Shown here one piece after another: positions 62,286-64,000 of a stretch of DNA of 64,000 bases. Every line of letters begins with the position of its first letter. The stretch's first letter is position 1. Below the pieces are notes generated by a model. That model had not been told where the DNA came from and did not search any database. It worked only from the letters and a program-made list of their open reading frames with translations. A program made the position numbers and the translations under genes. This DNA is from Leucoraja erinacea (lineage: Eukaryota). The DNA lies in the NCBI RefSeq assembly GCF_028641065.1, contig NC_073410.1, forward strand, positions 7,378,001-7,442,000, given 5' to 3'.

Positions 62286-62789
62286 GTGTGATGAGTTGCT
62301 TATCATTTTTGGCTGTCTCCATCTTCATCCTAGCACTCAATGATTCGATCAACCCTCTGGAGTAGACTTAGATGGTCATCACTCAAGCTTTGGCTGTGGA
62401 AACAAGGAACTGCGGATGCAGGTTTAAACCGGAGACGTGAAAAGCTGGAGTAACGCAGACAGCATCTCTGGAGAAAAAGAATAGGTGGCAATTCATCCCT
62501 TCGTTCTTTTACTTTGGATGACTGTTGCTCTTCAGAAACCAGCCATTGTTTTCAGTCGGCTGGAGAGGCAAAGACAGTTGTGGGCACCTTTACCTCATTT
62601 TCGGTTGAATATGTCAACACAGTTTATACAGCAGGTATCATCTTTGCAGACTCGGATAAACGTCTGTATTGCACCTCCAGCCAACTTGATTCAGTGGACT
62701 CTCTAAAGTTGCGTATCACTTTTCTCAACGATAGCCACCTGCCTCTTGCACCCATTGTTCACCTTACCTCCTGGGACATTAGTGGACAA

Positions 62790-63030
62790 TGGGCTGGTGG
62801 AACTCTCACCTCCGACGGAGAAGGTTGTGTGTTCAAATCCCACACTGGGGACTTGCACTGAAAAATGAAGCCGATACTACCCAGCCCTGCATTGTTACAG
62901 CGGCTGTGATGTAAAATATCCATTCACTGTTTCTTGAGGAAGAACAGTGGAATATCCTTAGTGTCTCGGTCAATGATTAATCCCAAATAACTTTTCTGAA
63001 AAGAGATCACCTCATTATCTTTACATTTGA
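62790..63030 (+). mobile_element. Ancient DeuSINE (SacSINE1-like) relic
   Basis: ACTCTCACCTCCGACGGAGAAGGTTGTGTGTTCAAATCCCAC head; GATGTAAAATATCC...GAAGAACAGTGGA Deu-like block. Confidence 0.6.
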
Positions 63031-63320
63031 GTTTGAGTGAGTTACACAAACTGTGTGTTGTGGTTCCACCAAACACAAGTGACTCTTGTTCAAAAACCAG
63101 ACAAAGAGGGAAATCCAATATATGGCCTTTCATGTCTTCTCTTTGAATTTTCTCTCATCTCATTTGCTTTATTGCTGTACCTTAAACTACACATCTCGTG
63201 GGCAATATCTGTCTTTCAGACATTTTTATTCCATCAACTAGAAAAAAATAATTGAAGTATTTAATGTATTCAAAAACATATGAAATAGGGAAATATATTT
63301 GTTAACAATCAAACACATTT

Positions 63321-63653
63321 AAGTTTAGTTTAGTTTAGTTTAGTTTTGGAGATACAGTGTGGAATCATGCCCTTCGGCCCACCATGTCCATGCTCACCAG
63401 CGATCCCCGCACACTAAGACTATCCTATACACCAATTTACACATACACCAAGCCAATTAACCCACATACTTGTATGTCCTAGAAGTGTGGGAGGAAACTG
63501 AAGATCTCAGAGAAAACCCACGCAGGTCACGGGGAGAACGTACAAACTCTGTACAGACTGTACCCATAATCGGGATTGAACCCGGATCTCTGGCGCTGCA
63601 AGCCGCTGTAACCGTATAAGGCAGCAATTCTACTGCTGCGCCACCATGCCACC
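63321..63653 (-). mobile_element. HE1-like V-SINE
   Basis: Full reverse copy with (GTTTA)n tail. Confidence 0.85.
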
Positions 63654-64000
63654 CTTAATTCAATTAAATATAAAGCTGTACAGTACCTGAAACTTAGCCA
63701 TCACCTTTGGAGGCATTGAAGTGAATAGTCCTGAGCCTTCCTCAGATTGAATCTTAAGCAGGTTTAGTGCCTCAAATTCCCAAAGGAAAATCTGGGAAAA
63801 AGTACGGAGTTGCTACTCCATCCCTGGACTCCACTGAGGTAGAAAGATAAATCAACCAAGATTGAATGGTGGAGTAGACAGGCCTAATCCTGCTCCTCTA
63901 ACTCATGAACTCATAAAGTAGCAGGTCCATGTGATCTGTTGATTTGTGGATTGTGAAATGGTCCCCTTGGCAAGGTGACTTCAATGTGTTTACTTTGCTT

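Overview
64 kb of repeat-dense vertebrate DNA, almost certainly from an elasmobranch (skate/ray/shark), inferred from HE1-type V-SINEs, HER1/CR1 LINE tails and SacSINE1-like DeuSINE relics. I recognise no intact host protein-coding gene, so the window looks like intron or gene desert; the ORFs I can identify are transposon fragments. It contains many retroelement pieces (CR1, Rex1/Babar, L2, Penelope-like, tRNA-derived SINEs), non-autonomous DNA elements (Harbinger-type MITEs with TAA TSDs, a 111-bp hAT MITE, a 319-bp Helitron), two assembly gaps, and several repeat-free AT-rich blocks resembling conserved enhancers. The most striking signal is roughly 30 copies of a Penelope-derived 3' module built around a minimal hammerhead-ribozyme motif (CTGAAGAA-stem II-GAAACGTH). 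It often occurs as 90-200 bp stand-alone insertions with 12-15 bp TSDs, or as fold-back pairs whose inversion point lies in the ribozyme motif. All family assignments are by eye, and edge coordinates of decayed repeats are approximate.
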